Assembly (NCBI GenBank): GCA_964057225.1
Contig: OZ059899.1
Coordinates: 372,001-436,000, forward strand
Length of the DNA stretch: 64,000 nucleotides
Direction: 5' to 3'
Origin: Auanema rhodensis
Taxonomy: Eukaryota; Animalia; Nematoda
Shown here: in pieces, positions 14,257 through 27,600 of the stretch
Position numbering within the stretch: position 1 is the first letter of the stretch
How the letters are laid out: each line of letters begins with the position of its first letter
Translations under genes and position numbers: made by a program
The notes under the pieces: model-generated
The model's input: the letters and a program-made list of their open reading frames with translations, nothing else
Told to the model about the DNA's origin: nothing
The model's database searches: none

Positions 14257-17200
14257 ACATTTAATTAGCATAAATTAAAGTTCACGTAAATTTCAAAGTC
14301 ATGGTTACCATGCACCAATATCAATAAAAATTTGTTTTTAGACTAATATGGACATGGGGAATCTAATTTTGAAAACCGCATCTCTTTATCTCTCACGTGA
14401 AGCGAGTTACATACCAAGGGCACATCACGTGTACATTTAATTAGCATAAATTGAAGTTCACGTAAATTTCAAAGTCATGGTTACCATGAACCAATATCAA
14501 TAAAAATTTGTTTTTAGACTAATATGGACATGGGGTATCTAATTTTGAAAACCGCATCTCTTTATCTTTCACGTGAAGCGAGTTACATACCAAGTGCACA
14601 TCACGTGTACATTTAATTAGCATAAATTAAAGTTCACGTAAATTTCAAAGTCATGGTTACCATGAACCAATATCAATAAAAATTTTTTTTTAGACTAATA
14701 TGGACATGGGGAATCTAATTTTGAAAACCGCATCTCTTTATCTTTCACGTGAAGCGAGTTACATACCAAGTGCACATCACGTGTACATTTAATTAGCATA
14801 AATTAAAGTTCACGTAAATTTCAAAGTCATGGTTACCATGCACAAATATCAATAAAAATTTGTTTTTAGACTAATATGGACATGGGGAATCTAATTTTGA
14901 AAACCGCATCTCTTTATCTTTCACGTGAAGCGAGTTACATACCAAGTGCACATCACGTGTACATTTAATTAGCATAAATTGAAGTTCACGTAAATTTCAA
15001 AGTCATGGTTACCATGAACCAATATCAATAAAAATTTGTTTTTAGACTAATATGGACATGGGGAATCTAATTTTGAAAACCGCATCTCTTTATCTTTCAC
15101 GTGAAGCGAGTTACATACCAAGGGCACATCACGTGTACATTTAATTAGCATAAATTAAAGTTCACGTAAATTTCAAAGTCATGGTTACCATGCACCAATA
15201 TCAATAAAAATTTGTTTTTAGACTAATATGGACATGGGGAATCTAATTTTGAAAACCGCATCTCTTTATCTTTCACGTGAAGCGAGTTACATACCAAGGG
15301 CACATCACGTGTACATTTAATTAGCATAAATTAAAGTTCACGTAAATTTCAAAGTCATGGTTACCATGCACCAATATCAATAAAAATTTGTTTTTAGACT
15401 AATATGGACATGGGGAATCTAATTTTGAAAACCGCATCTCTTTATCTTTCACGTGAAGCGAGTTACATACCAAGTGCACATCACGTGTACATTTAATTAG
15501 CATAAATTAAAGTTCACGTAAATTTCAAAGTCATGGTTACCATGCACCAATATCAATAAAAATTTGTTTTTAGACTAATATGGACATGGGGAATCTAATT
15601 TTGAAAACCGCATCTCTTTATCTTTCACGTGAAGCGAGTTACATACCAAGGGCACATCACGTGTACATTTAATTAGCATAAATTAAAGTTCACGTAAATT
15701 TCAAAGTCATGGTTACCATGCACCAATATCAATAAAAATTTGTTTTTAGACTAATATGGACATGGGGAATCTAATTTTGAAAACCGCATCTCTTTATCTT
15801 TCACGTGAAGCGAGTTACATACCAAGGGCACATCACGTGTACATTTAATTAGCATAAATTAAAGTTCACGTAAATTTCAAAGTCATGGTTACCATGCACC
15901 AATATCAATAAAAATTTGTTTTTAGACTAATATGGACATGGGGAATCTAATTTTGGAAACCGAATCTCTTTATCTTTCACGTGAAGCGAGTTACATACCA
16001 AGTGCACATCACGTGTACATTTAATTAGCATAAATTAAAGTTCACGTAAATTTCAAAGTCATGGTTACCATGCACCAATATCAATAAAAATTTGTTTTGA
16101 GACTAATATGGACATGGGGAATCTAATTTTGAAAACCGCATCTCTTTATCTTTCACGTGAAGCGAGTTACATACCAAGGGCACATCACGTGTACATTTAA
16201 TTAGCATAAATTAAAGTTCACGTAAATTTCAAAGTCATGGTTACCATGCACCAATATCAATAAAAATTTGTTTTTAGACTAATATGGACATGGGGAATCT
16301 AATTTTGAAAACCGCATCTCTTTATCTTTCACGTGAAGCGAGTTACATACCAAGGGCACATCACGTGTACATTTAATTAGCATAAATTAAAATTCACGTA
16401 AATTTCAAAGTCATGGTTACCATGCACCAATATCAATAAAAATTTGTTTTTAGACTAATATGGACATGGGGAATCTAATTTTGAAAACCGCATCTCTTTA
16501 TCTTTCACGTGAAGCGAGTTACATACCAAGTGCACATCTCGTGTACATTTAATTAGCATAAATTAAAGTTCACGTAAATTTCAAAGTCATGGTTACCATG
16601 AACCAATATCAATGAATATTTGTTTTTAGACTAATATGGACATGGGGAATCTAATTTTGAAAACCGCATCTCTTTATCTCTCACGTGAAGCGAGTTACAT
16701 ACCAAGGGCACATCACGTGTACATTTAATTAGCATAAATTGAAGTTCACGTAAATTTCAAAGTCATGGTTACCATGAACCAATATCAATAAAAATTTGTT
16801 TTTAGACTAATATGGACATGAGGAATCTAATTTTGAAAACCGCATCTCTTCATCTTTCACGTGAAGCGAGTTACATACCAAGTGCACATCACGTGTACAT
16901 TTAATTAGCATAAATTAAAGTTCACGTAAATTTCAAAGTCATGGTTACCATGAACCAATATCAATAAAATTTTGTTTTTAGACTAATATGGACATGGGGA
17001 ATCTCATTTTGAAAACCGCATCTCTTTATCTTTCACGTGAAGCGAGTTACATACCAAGTGCACATCACGTGTACATTTAATTAGCATAAATTAAAGTTCA
17101 CGTAAATTTCAAAGTCATGGTTACCATGAACCAATATCAATAAAAATTTGTTTTTAGACTAATATGGACATGAGGAATCTAATTTTGAAAACCGCATCTC

Positions 17201-20200
17201 TTCATCTTTCACGTGAAGCGAGTTACATACCAAGTGCACATCACGTGTACATTTAATTAGCATAAATTAAAGTTCACGTAAATTTCAAAGTCATGGTTAC
17301 CATGAACCAATATCAATAAAAATTTGTTTTTAGACTAATATGGACATGGGGAATCTAATTTTGGAAACCGCATCTCTTTATCTTTCACGTGAAGCGAGTT
17401 ACATACCAAGTGCACATCACGTGTACATTTAATTAGCATAAATTGAAGTTCACGTAAATTTCAAAGTCATGGTTACCATGAACCAATATCAATAAAAATT
17501 TGTTTTTAGACTAATATGGACATGGGGAATCTAATTTTGAAAACCGCATCTCTTTATCTTTCACGTGAAGCGAGTTACATACCAAGTGCACATCACGTGT
17601 ACATTTAATTAGCATAAATTAAAGTTCACGTAAATTTCAAAGTCATGGTTACCATGCACCAATATCAATAAAAATTTGTTTTTAGACTAATATAGACATG
17701 GGGAATCTAATTTTGAACACCGCATCTCTTTATCTTTCACGTGAAGCGAGTTACATACCAAGTGCACATCACGTGTACATTTAATTAGCATAAATTAAAG
17801 TTCACGTAAATTTCAAAGTCATGGTTACCATGCACCAATATCAATAAAAATTTGTTTTTAGACTAATAAGGACATGGGGAATCTAATTTTGAAAACCGCA
17901 TCTCTTTATCTTTCACGTGAAGCGAGTTACATACCAAGTGCACATCACGTGTACATTTAATTAGCATAAATTAAAGTTCACGTAAATTTCAAAGTCATGG
18001 TTACCATGCACCAATATCAATAAAAATTTGTTTTTAGACTAATATGGACATGGGGAATCTAATTTTGGAAACCGAATCTCTTTATCTTTCACGTGAAGCG
18101 AGTTACATACCAAGTGCACATCACGTGTACATTTAATTAGCATAAATTAAAGTTCACGTAAATTTCAAAGTCATGGTTACCATGCACCAATATCAATAAA
18201 AATTTGTTTTTAGACTAATATGGACATGGGGAATCTAATTTTGAAAACCGCATCTCTTTATCTTTCACGTGAAGCGAGTTACATACCAAGGGCACATCAC
18301 GTGTACATTTAATTAGCATAAATTAAAGTTCACGTAAATTTCAAAGTCATGGTTACCATGCACCAATATCAATAAAAATTTGTTTTTAGACTAATATGGA
18401 CATGGGGAATCTAATTTTGAAAACCGCATCTCTTTATCTTTCACGTGAAGCGAGTTACATACCAAGGGCACATCACGTGTACATTTAATTAGCATAAATT
18501 AAAGTTCACGTAAATTTCAAAGTCATGGTTACCATGCACCAATATCAATAAAAATTTGTTTTTAGACTAATATGGACATGGGGAATCTAATTTTGGAAAC
18601 CGAATCTCTTTATCTTTCACGTGAAGCGAGTTACATACCAAGTGCACATCACGTGTACATTTAATTAGCATAAATTAAAGTTCACGTAAATTTCAAAGTC
18701 ATGGTTACCATGCACCAATATCAATAAAAATTTGTTTTTAGACTAATATGGACATGGGGAATCTAATTTTGAAAACCGCATCTCTTTATCTCTCACGTGA
18801 AGCGAGTTACATACCAAGGGCACATCACGTGTACATTTAATTAGCATAAATTAAAGTTCACGTAAATTTCAAAGTCATGGTTACCATGCACCAATATCAA
18901 TAAAAATTTGTTTTTAGACTAATATGGACATGGGGTATCTAATTTTGAAAACCGCATCTCTTTATCTTTCACGTGAAGCGAGTTACATACCAAGTGCACA
19001 TCACGTGTACATTTAATTAGCATAAATTAAAGTTCACGTAAATTTCAAAGTCATGGTTACCATGAACCAATATCAATAAAAATTTTTTTTTAGACTAATA
19101 TGGACATGGGGAATCTAATTTTGAAAACCGCATCTCTTTATCTTTCACGTGAAGCGAGTTACATACCAAGTGCACATCATGTGTACATTTAATTAGCATA
19201 AATTAAAGTTCACGTAAATTTCAAAGTCATGGTTACCATGCACAAATATCAATAAAAATTTGTTTTTAGACTAATATGGACATGGGGAATCTAATTTTGA
19301 AAACCGCATCTCTTTATCTTTCACGTGAAGCGAGTTACATACCAAGTGCACATCACGTGTACATTTAATTAGCATAAATTGAAGTTCACGTAAATTTCAA
19401 AGTCATGGTTACCATGAACCAATATCAATAAAAATTTGTTTTTAGACTAATATGGACATGGGGAATCTAATTTTGAAAACCGCATCTCTTTATCTTTCAC
19501 GTGAAGCGAGTTACATACCAAGGGCACATCACGTGTACATTTAATTAGCATAAATTAAAGTTCACGTAAATTTCAAAGTCATGGTTACCATGCACCAATA
19601 TCAATAAAAATTTGTTTTTAGACTAATATGGACATGGGGAATCTAATTTTGAAAACCGCATCTCTTTATCTTTCACGTGAAGCGAGTTACATACCAAGGG
19701 CACATCACGTGTACATTTAATTAGCATAAATTAAAGTTCACGTAAATTTCAAAGTCATGGTTACCATGCACCAATATCAATAAAAATTTGTTTTTAGACT
19801 AATATGGACATGGGGAATCTAATTTTGAAAACCGCATCTCTTTATCTTTCACGTGAAGCGAGTTACATACCAAGTGCACATCACGTGTACATTTAATTAG
19901 CATAAATTAAAGTTCACGTAAATTTCAAAGTCATGGTTACCATGCACCAATATCAATAAAAATTTGTTTTTAGACTAATATGGACATGGGGAATCTAATT
20001 TTGAAAACCGCATCTCTTTATCTTTCACGTGAAGCGAGTTACATACCAAGGGCACATCACGTGTACATTTAATTAGCATAAATTAAAGTTCACGTAAATT
20101 TCAAAGTCATGGTTACCATGCACCAATATCAATAAAAATTTGTTTTTAGACTAATATGGACATGGGGAATCTAATTTTGAAAACCGCATCTCTTTATCTT

Positions 20201-21648
20201 TCACGTGAAGCGAGTTACATACCAAGGGCACATCACGTGTACATTTAATTAGCATAAATTAAAGTTCACGTAAATTTCAAAGTCATGGTTACCATGCACC
20301 AATATCAATAAAAATTTGTTTTTAGACTAATATGGACATGGGGAATCTAATTTTGGAAACCGAATCTCTTTATCTTTCACGTGAAGCGAGTTACATACCA
20401 AGTGCACATCACGTGTACATTTAATTAGCATAAATTAAAGTTCACGTAAATTTCAAAGTCATGGTTACCATGCACCAATATCAATAAAAATTTGTTTTTA
20501 GACTAATATGGACATGGGGAATCTAATTTTGAAAACCGCATCTCTTTATCTTTCACGTGAAGCGAGTTACATACCAAGGGCACATCACGTGTACATTTAA
20601 TTAGCATAAATTAAAGTTCACGTAAATTTCAAAGTCATGGTTACCATGCACCAATATCAATAAAAATTTGTTTTTAGACTAATATGGACATGGGGAATCT
20701 AATTTTGAAAACCGCATCTCTTTATCTTTCACGTGAAGCGAGTTACATACCAAGGGCACATCACGTGTACATTTAATTAGCATAAATTAAAGTTCACGTA
20801 AATTTCAAAGTCATGGTTACCATGCACCAATATCAATAAAAATTTGTTTTTAGACTAATATGGACATGGGGAATCTAATTTTGAAAACCGCATCTCTTTA
20901 TCTTTCACGTGAAGCGAGTTACATACCAAGTGCACATCTCGTGTACATTTAATTAGCATAAATTAAAGTTCACGTAAATTTCAAAGTCATGGTTACCATG
21001 AACCAATATCAATGAATATTTGTTTTTAGACTAATATGGACATGGGGAATCTAATTTTGAAAACCGCATCTCTTTATCTCTCACGTGAAGCGAGTTACAT
21101 ACCAAGGGCACATCACGTGTACATTTAATTAGCATAAATTGAAGTTCACGTAAATTTCAAAGTCATGGTTACCATGAACCAATATCAATAAAAATTTGTT
21201 TTTAGACTAATATGGACATGAGGAATCTAATTTTGAAAACCGCATCTCTTCATCTTTCACGTGAAGCGAGTTACATACCAAGTGCACATCACGTGTACAT
21301 TTAATTAGCATAAATTAAAGTTCACGTAAATTTCAAAGTCATGGTTACCATGAACCAATATCAATAAAATTTTGTTTTTAGACTAATATGGACATGGGGA
21401 ATCTCATTTTGAAAACCGCATCTCTTTATCTTTCACGTGAAGCGAGTTACATACCAAGTGCACATCACGTGTACATTTAATTAGCATAAATTAAAGTTCA
21501 CGTAAATTTCAAAGTCATGGTTACCATGAACCAATATCAATAAAAATTTGTTTTTAGACTAATATGGACATGAGGAATCTAATTTTGAAAACCGCATCTC
21601 TTCATCTTTCACGTGAAGCGAGTTACATACCAAGTGCACATCACGTGT
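14257..21648. repeat. 25-mer (4400 bp) higher-order repeat, about 1.7 copies: M82-M98 repeated as M107-M123
   Basis: 78T in M84/M109, 60A in M85/M110, 116G+123A in M91/M116, 70G+73T in M95/M120 and 74T+109C in M97/M122 are all offset by 4400 bp. Confidence 0.85.
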
Positions 21649-24600
21649 ACATTTAATTAGCATAAATTAAAGTTCACGTAAATTTCAAAGTCATGGTTAC
21701 CATGCACCAATATCAATAAAAATTTGTTTTTAGACTAATATGGACATGGGGAATCTAATTTTGAAAACCGCATCTCTTTATCTTTCACGTGAAGCGAGTT
21801 ACATACCAAGGGCACATCACGTGTACATTTAATTAGCATAAATTAAAGTTCACGTAAATTTCAAAGTCATGGTTACCATGCACCAATATCAATAAAAATT
21901 TGTTTTTAGACTAATATGGACATGGGGAATCTAATTTTGAAAACCGCATCTCTTTATCTTTCACGTGAAGCGAGTTACATACCAAGTGCACATCTCGTGT
22001 ACATTTAATTAGCATAAATTAAAGTTCACGTAAATTTCAAAGTCATGGTTACCATGAACCAATATCAATGAATATTTGTTTTTAGACTAATATGGACATG
22101 GGGAATCTAATTTTGAAAACCGCATCTCTTTATCTCTCACGTGAAGCGAGTTACATACCAAGGGCACATCACGTGTACATTTAATTAGCATAAATTAAAG
22201 TTCACGTAAATTTCAAAGTCATGGTTACCATGAACCAATATCAATAAAAATTTGTTTTTAGACTAATATGGACATGAGGAATCTAATTTTGAAAACCGCA
22301 TCTCTTCATCTTTCACGTGAAGCGAGTTACATACCAAGTGCACATCACGTGTACATTTAATTAGCATAAATTAAAGTTCACGTAAATTTCAAAGTCATGG
22401 TTACCATGAACCAATATCAATAAAAATTTGTTTTTAGACTAATATGGACATGGGGAATCTAATTTTGGAAACCGCATCTCTTTATCTTTCACGTGAAGCG
22501 AGTTACATACCAAGTGCACATCACGTGTACATTTAATTAGCATAAATTGAAGTTCACGTAAATTTCAAAGTCATGGTTACCATGAACCAATATCAATAAA
22601 AATTTGTTTTTAGACTAATATGGACATGGGGAATCTAATTTTGAAAACCGCATCTCTTTATCTTTCACGTGAAGCGAGTTACATACCAAGTGCACATCAC
22701 GTGTACATTTAATTAGCATAAATTAAAGTTCACGTAAATTTCAAAGTCATGGTTACCATGAACCAATATCAATAAAAATTTGTTTTTAGACTAATATGGA
22801 CATGGGGAATTTAATTTTGAAAACCGCATCTCTTTATCTTTCACGTGAAGCGAGTTACATACCAAGTGCACATCACGTGTACATTTAATTAGCATAAATT
22901 AAAGTTCACGTAAATTTCAAAGTCATGGTTACCATGCACCAATATCAATAAAAATTTGTTTTTTGACTAATATGGACATGGGGAATCTAATTTTGAAAAC
23001 CGCATCTCTTTATCTTTCACGTGAAGCGAGTTACATACCAAGTGCACATCACGTGTACATTTAATTAGCATAAATTAAAGTTCACGTAAATTTCAAAGTC
23101 ATGGTTACCATGCACCAATATCAATAAAAATTTGTTTTTAGACTAATATGATCATGATGAATCTAATTTTGAAAACCGCATCTCTTTATCTTTCACGTGA
23201 AGCGAGTTACATACCAAGTGCACATCACGTGTACATTTAATTAGCATAAATTAAAGTTCACGTAAATTTCAAAGTCATGGTTACCATGCACCAATATCAA
23301 TAAAAATTTGTTTTTAGACTAATATGGACATGGGAAATTTAATTTTGAGAACCGCATCTCTTCATCTTTCACGTGAAGCGAGTTACATACCAAGTGCACA
23401 TCACGTGTACATTTAATTAGCATAAATTGAAGTTCACGTAAATTTCAAAGTCATGGTTACCATGCACCAATATCAATAAAAATTTGTTTTTAGACTAATA
23501 TGGACATGGGGAATCTAATTTTGAAAACCGCATCTCTTTATCTTTCACGTGAAGCGAGTTACATACCAAGTGCACATCACGTGTACATTTAATTAGCATA
23601 AATTAAAGTTCACGTAAATTTTAAAGTCATGGTTACCATGAACCAATATCAATAAAAATTTGTTTTTAGACTAATATGGACATGGGGAATTTAATTTTGA
23701 AAACCGCATCTCTTTATCTTTCACGTGAAGCGAGTTACATACCAAGTGCACATCACGTGTACATTTAATTAGCATAAATTAAAGTTCACGTAAATTTCAA
23801 AGTCATGGTTACCATGAACCAATATCAATAAAAATTTGTTTTTTGACTAATATGGACATGGGGAATCTAATTTTGAAAACCGCATCTCTTTATCTTTCAC
23901 GTGAAGCGAGTTACATACCAAGTGCACATCACGTGTAAATTTAATTAGCATAAATTAAAGTTCACGTAAATTTCAAAGTCATGGTTACCATGAACCAATA
24001 TCAATAAAAATTCGTTTTTAGACTAATATGGACATGGGGAATCTAATTTTGAAAACCGCATCTCTTTATCTTTCACGTGAAGCGAGTTACATACCAAGTG
24101 CACATCACGTGTACATTTAATTAGCATAAATTAAAGTTCACGTAAATTTCAAAGTCATGGTTACCATGAACCAATATCAATAAAAATTTGTTTTTAGACT
24201 AATATGGACATGGGGAATCTAATTTTGAAAACCGCATCTCTTTATCTTTCACGTGAAGCGAGATACATACCAAGTGCACATCACGTGTACATTTAATTAG
24301 CATAAATTAAAGTTCACGTAAATTTCAAAGTCATGGTTACCATGAACCAATATCAATAAAAATTTGTTTTTAGACTAATATGGACATGGGGAATCTAATT
24401 TTGAAAACCGCATCTCTTTATCTTTCACGTGAAGCGAGTTACATACCAAGTGCACATCACGTGTACATTTAATTAGCATAAATTAAAGTTCACGTAAATT
24501 TCAAAGTCATGGTTACCATGAACCAATATCAATAAAAATTTGTTTTTAGACTAATATGGACATAGGGAATCTAATTTTGAAAACCGCATCTCTTTATCTT

Positions 24601-27600
24601 TCACGTGAAGCGAGTTACATACCAAGTGCACATCACGTGTACATTTAATTAGCATAAATTAAAGTTCACGTAAATTTCAAAGTCATGGTTACCATGAACC
24701 AATATCACTAAAAATTTGTTTTTAGACTAATATGGACATGGGGAATTTAATTTTGAAAACCGCATCTCTTTATCTTTCACGTGAAGCGAGTTACATACCA
24801 AGTGCACATCACGTGTACATTTAATTAGCATAAATTAAAGTTCACGTAAATTTCAAAGTCATGGTTACCATGCACCAATATCAATAAAAATTTGTTTTTT
24901 GACTAATATGGACATGGGGAATCTAATTTTGAAAACCGCATCTCTTTATCTTTCACGTGAAGCGAGTTACATACCAAGTGCACATCACGTGTACATTTAA
25001 TTAGCATAAATTAAAGTTCACGTAAATTTCAAAGTCATGGTTACCATGCACCAATATCAATAAAAATTTGTTTTTTGACTAATATGGACATGGGGAATCT
25101 AATTTTGAAAACCGCATCTCTTTATCTTTCACGTGAAGCGAGTTACATACCAAGTGCACATCACGTGTACATTTAATTAGCATAAATTAAAGTTCACGTA
25201 AATTTCAAAGTCATGGTTACCATGAACCAATATCAATAAAAATTTGTTTTTAGACTAATATGGACATGGGGAATCTAATTTTGAAAACCGCATCTCTTTA
25301 TCTTTCACGTGAAGCGAGTTACATACCAAGTGCACATCACGTGTACATTTAATTAGCATAAATTAAAGTTCACGTAAATTTCAAAGTCATGGTTACCATG
25401 CACCAATATCAATAAAAATTTGTTTTTAGACTAATATGGACATGGGGAATCTAATTTTGAAAACCGCATCTCTTTATCTTTCACGTGAAGCGAGTTACAT
25501 ACCAAGTGCACATCACGTGTACATTTAATTAGCATAAATTAAAGTTCACGTAAATTTCAAAGTCATGGTTACCATGCACCAATATCAATAAAAATTTGTT
25601 TTTTGACTAATATGGACATGGGGAATCTAATTTTGAAAACCGCATCTCTTTATCTTTCACGTGAAGCGAGTTACATACCAAGTGCACATCACGTGTACAT
25701 TTAATTAGCATAAATTAAAGTTCACGTAAATTTCAAAGTCATGGTTACCATGAACCAATATCAATAAAAATTTGTTTTTAGACTAATATGGACATGGGGA
25801 ATCTAATTTTGAAAACCGCATCTCTTTATCTTTCACGTGAAGCGAGTTACATACCAAGTGCACATCACGTGTACATTTAATTAGCATAAATTAAAGTTCA
25901 CGTAAATTTCAAAGTCATGGTTACCATGCACCAATATCAATAAAAATTTGTTTTTAGACTAATATGGACATGGGGAATTTAATTTTGAAAACCGCATCTC
26001 TTTATCTTTCACGTGAAGCGAGTTACATACCAAGTGCACATCACGTGTACATTTAATTAGCATAAATTAAAGTTCACGTAAATTTCAAAGTCATGGTTAC
26101 CATGCACCAATATCAATAAAAATTTGTTTTTTGACTAATATGGACATGGGGAATCTAATTTTGAAAACCGCATCTCTTTATCTTTCACGTGAAGCGAGTT
26201 ACATACCAAGTGCACATCACGTGTACATTTAATTAGCATAAATTAAAGTTCACGTAAATTTCAAAGTCATGGTTACCATGAACCAATATCAATAAAAATT
26301 TGTTTTTAGACTAATATGGACATGGGGAATCTAATTTTGAAAACCGCATCTCTTTATCTTTCACGTGAAGCGAGTTACATACCAAGTGCACATCACGTGT
26401 ACATTTAATTAGCATAAATTAAAGTTCACGTAAATTTCAAAGTCATGGTTACCATGCACCAATATCAATAAAAATTTGTTTTTAGACTAATATGGACATG
26501 GGGAATCTAATTTTGAAAACCGCATCTCTTTATCTTTCACGTGAAGCGAGTTACATACCAAGTGCACATCACGTGTACATTTAATTAGCATAAATTAAAG
26601 TTCACGTAAATTTCAAAGTCATGATTACCATGCACCAATATCAATAAAAATTTGTTTTTTGACTAATATGGACATGGGGAATCTAATTTTGAAAACCGCA
26701 TCTCTTTATCTTTCACGTGAAGCGAGTTACATACCAAGTGCACATCACGTGTACATTTAATTAGCATAAATTAAAGTTCACGTAAATTTCAAAGTCATGG
26801 TTACCATGCACCAATATCAATAAAAATTTGTTTTTTGACTAATATGGACATGGGGAATCTAATTTTGAAAACCGCATCTCTTTATCTTTCACGTGAAGCG
26901 AGTTACATACCAAGTGCACATCACGTGTACATTTAATTAGCATAAATTAAAGTTCACGTAAATTTCAAAGTCATGGTTACCATGAACCAATATCAATAAA
27001 AATTTGTTTTTAGACTAATATGGACATGGGGAATTTAATTTTGAAAACCGCATCTCTTTATCTTTCACGTGAAGCGAGTTACATACCAAGTGCACATCAC
27101 GTGTACATTTAATTAGCATAAATTAAAGTTCACGTAAATTTCAAAGTCATGGTTACCATGCACCAATATCAATAAAAATTTGTTTTTTGACTAATATGGA
27201 CATGGGGAATCTAATTTTGAAAACCGCATCTCTTTATCTTTCACGTGAAGCGAGTTACATACCAAGTGCACATCACGTGTACATTTAATTAGCATAAATT
27301 AAAGTTCACGTAAATTTCAAAGTCATGGTTACCATGAACCAATATCAATAAAAATTTGTTTTTAGACTAATATGGACATGGGGAATCTAATTTTGAAAAC
27401 CGCATCTCTTTATCTTTCACGTGAAGCGAGTTACATACCAAGTGCACATCACGTGTACATTTAATTAGCATAAATTAAAGTTCACGTAAATTTCAAAGTC
27501 ATGGTTACCATGAACCAATATCAATAAAAATTTGTTTTTAGACTAATATGGACATGGGGAATTTAATTTTGAAAACCGCATCTCTTTATCTTTCACGTGA

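Larger units (their letters stand above)
1..22704. repeat. Satellite domain A (left): monomers rich in 163G and the 116G+123A pair
   Basis: Frequent CCAAGGGCAC (163G) and GGAAACCGAATC (116G+123A), plus 101A, 131C, 118C, 93A and 70G+73T. No 84T or 107T seen. Last 163G at 22163; last 123A at 20363. Confidence 0.85.
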
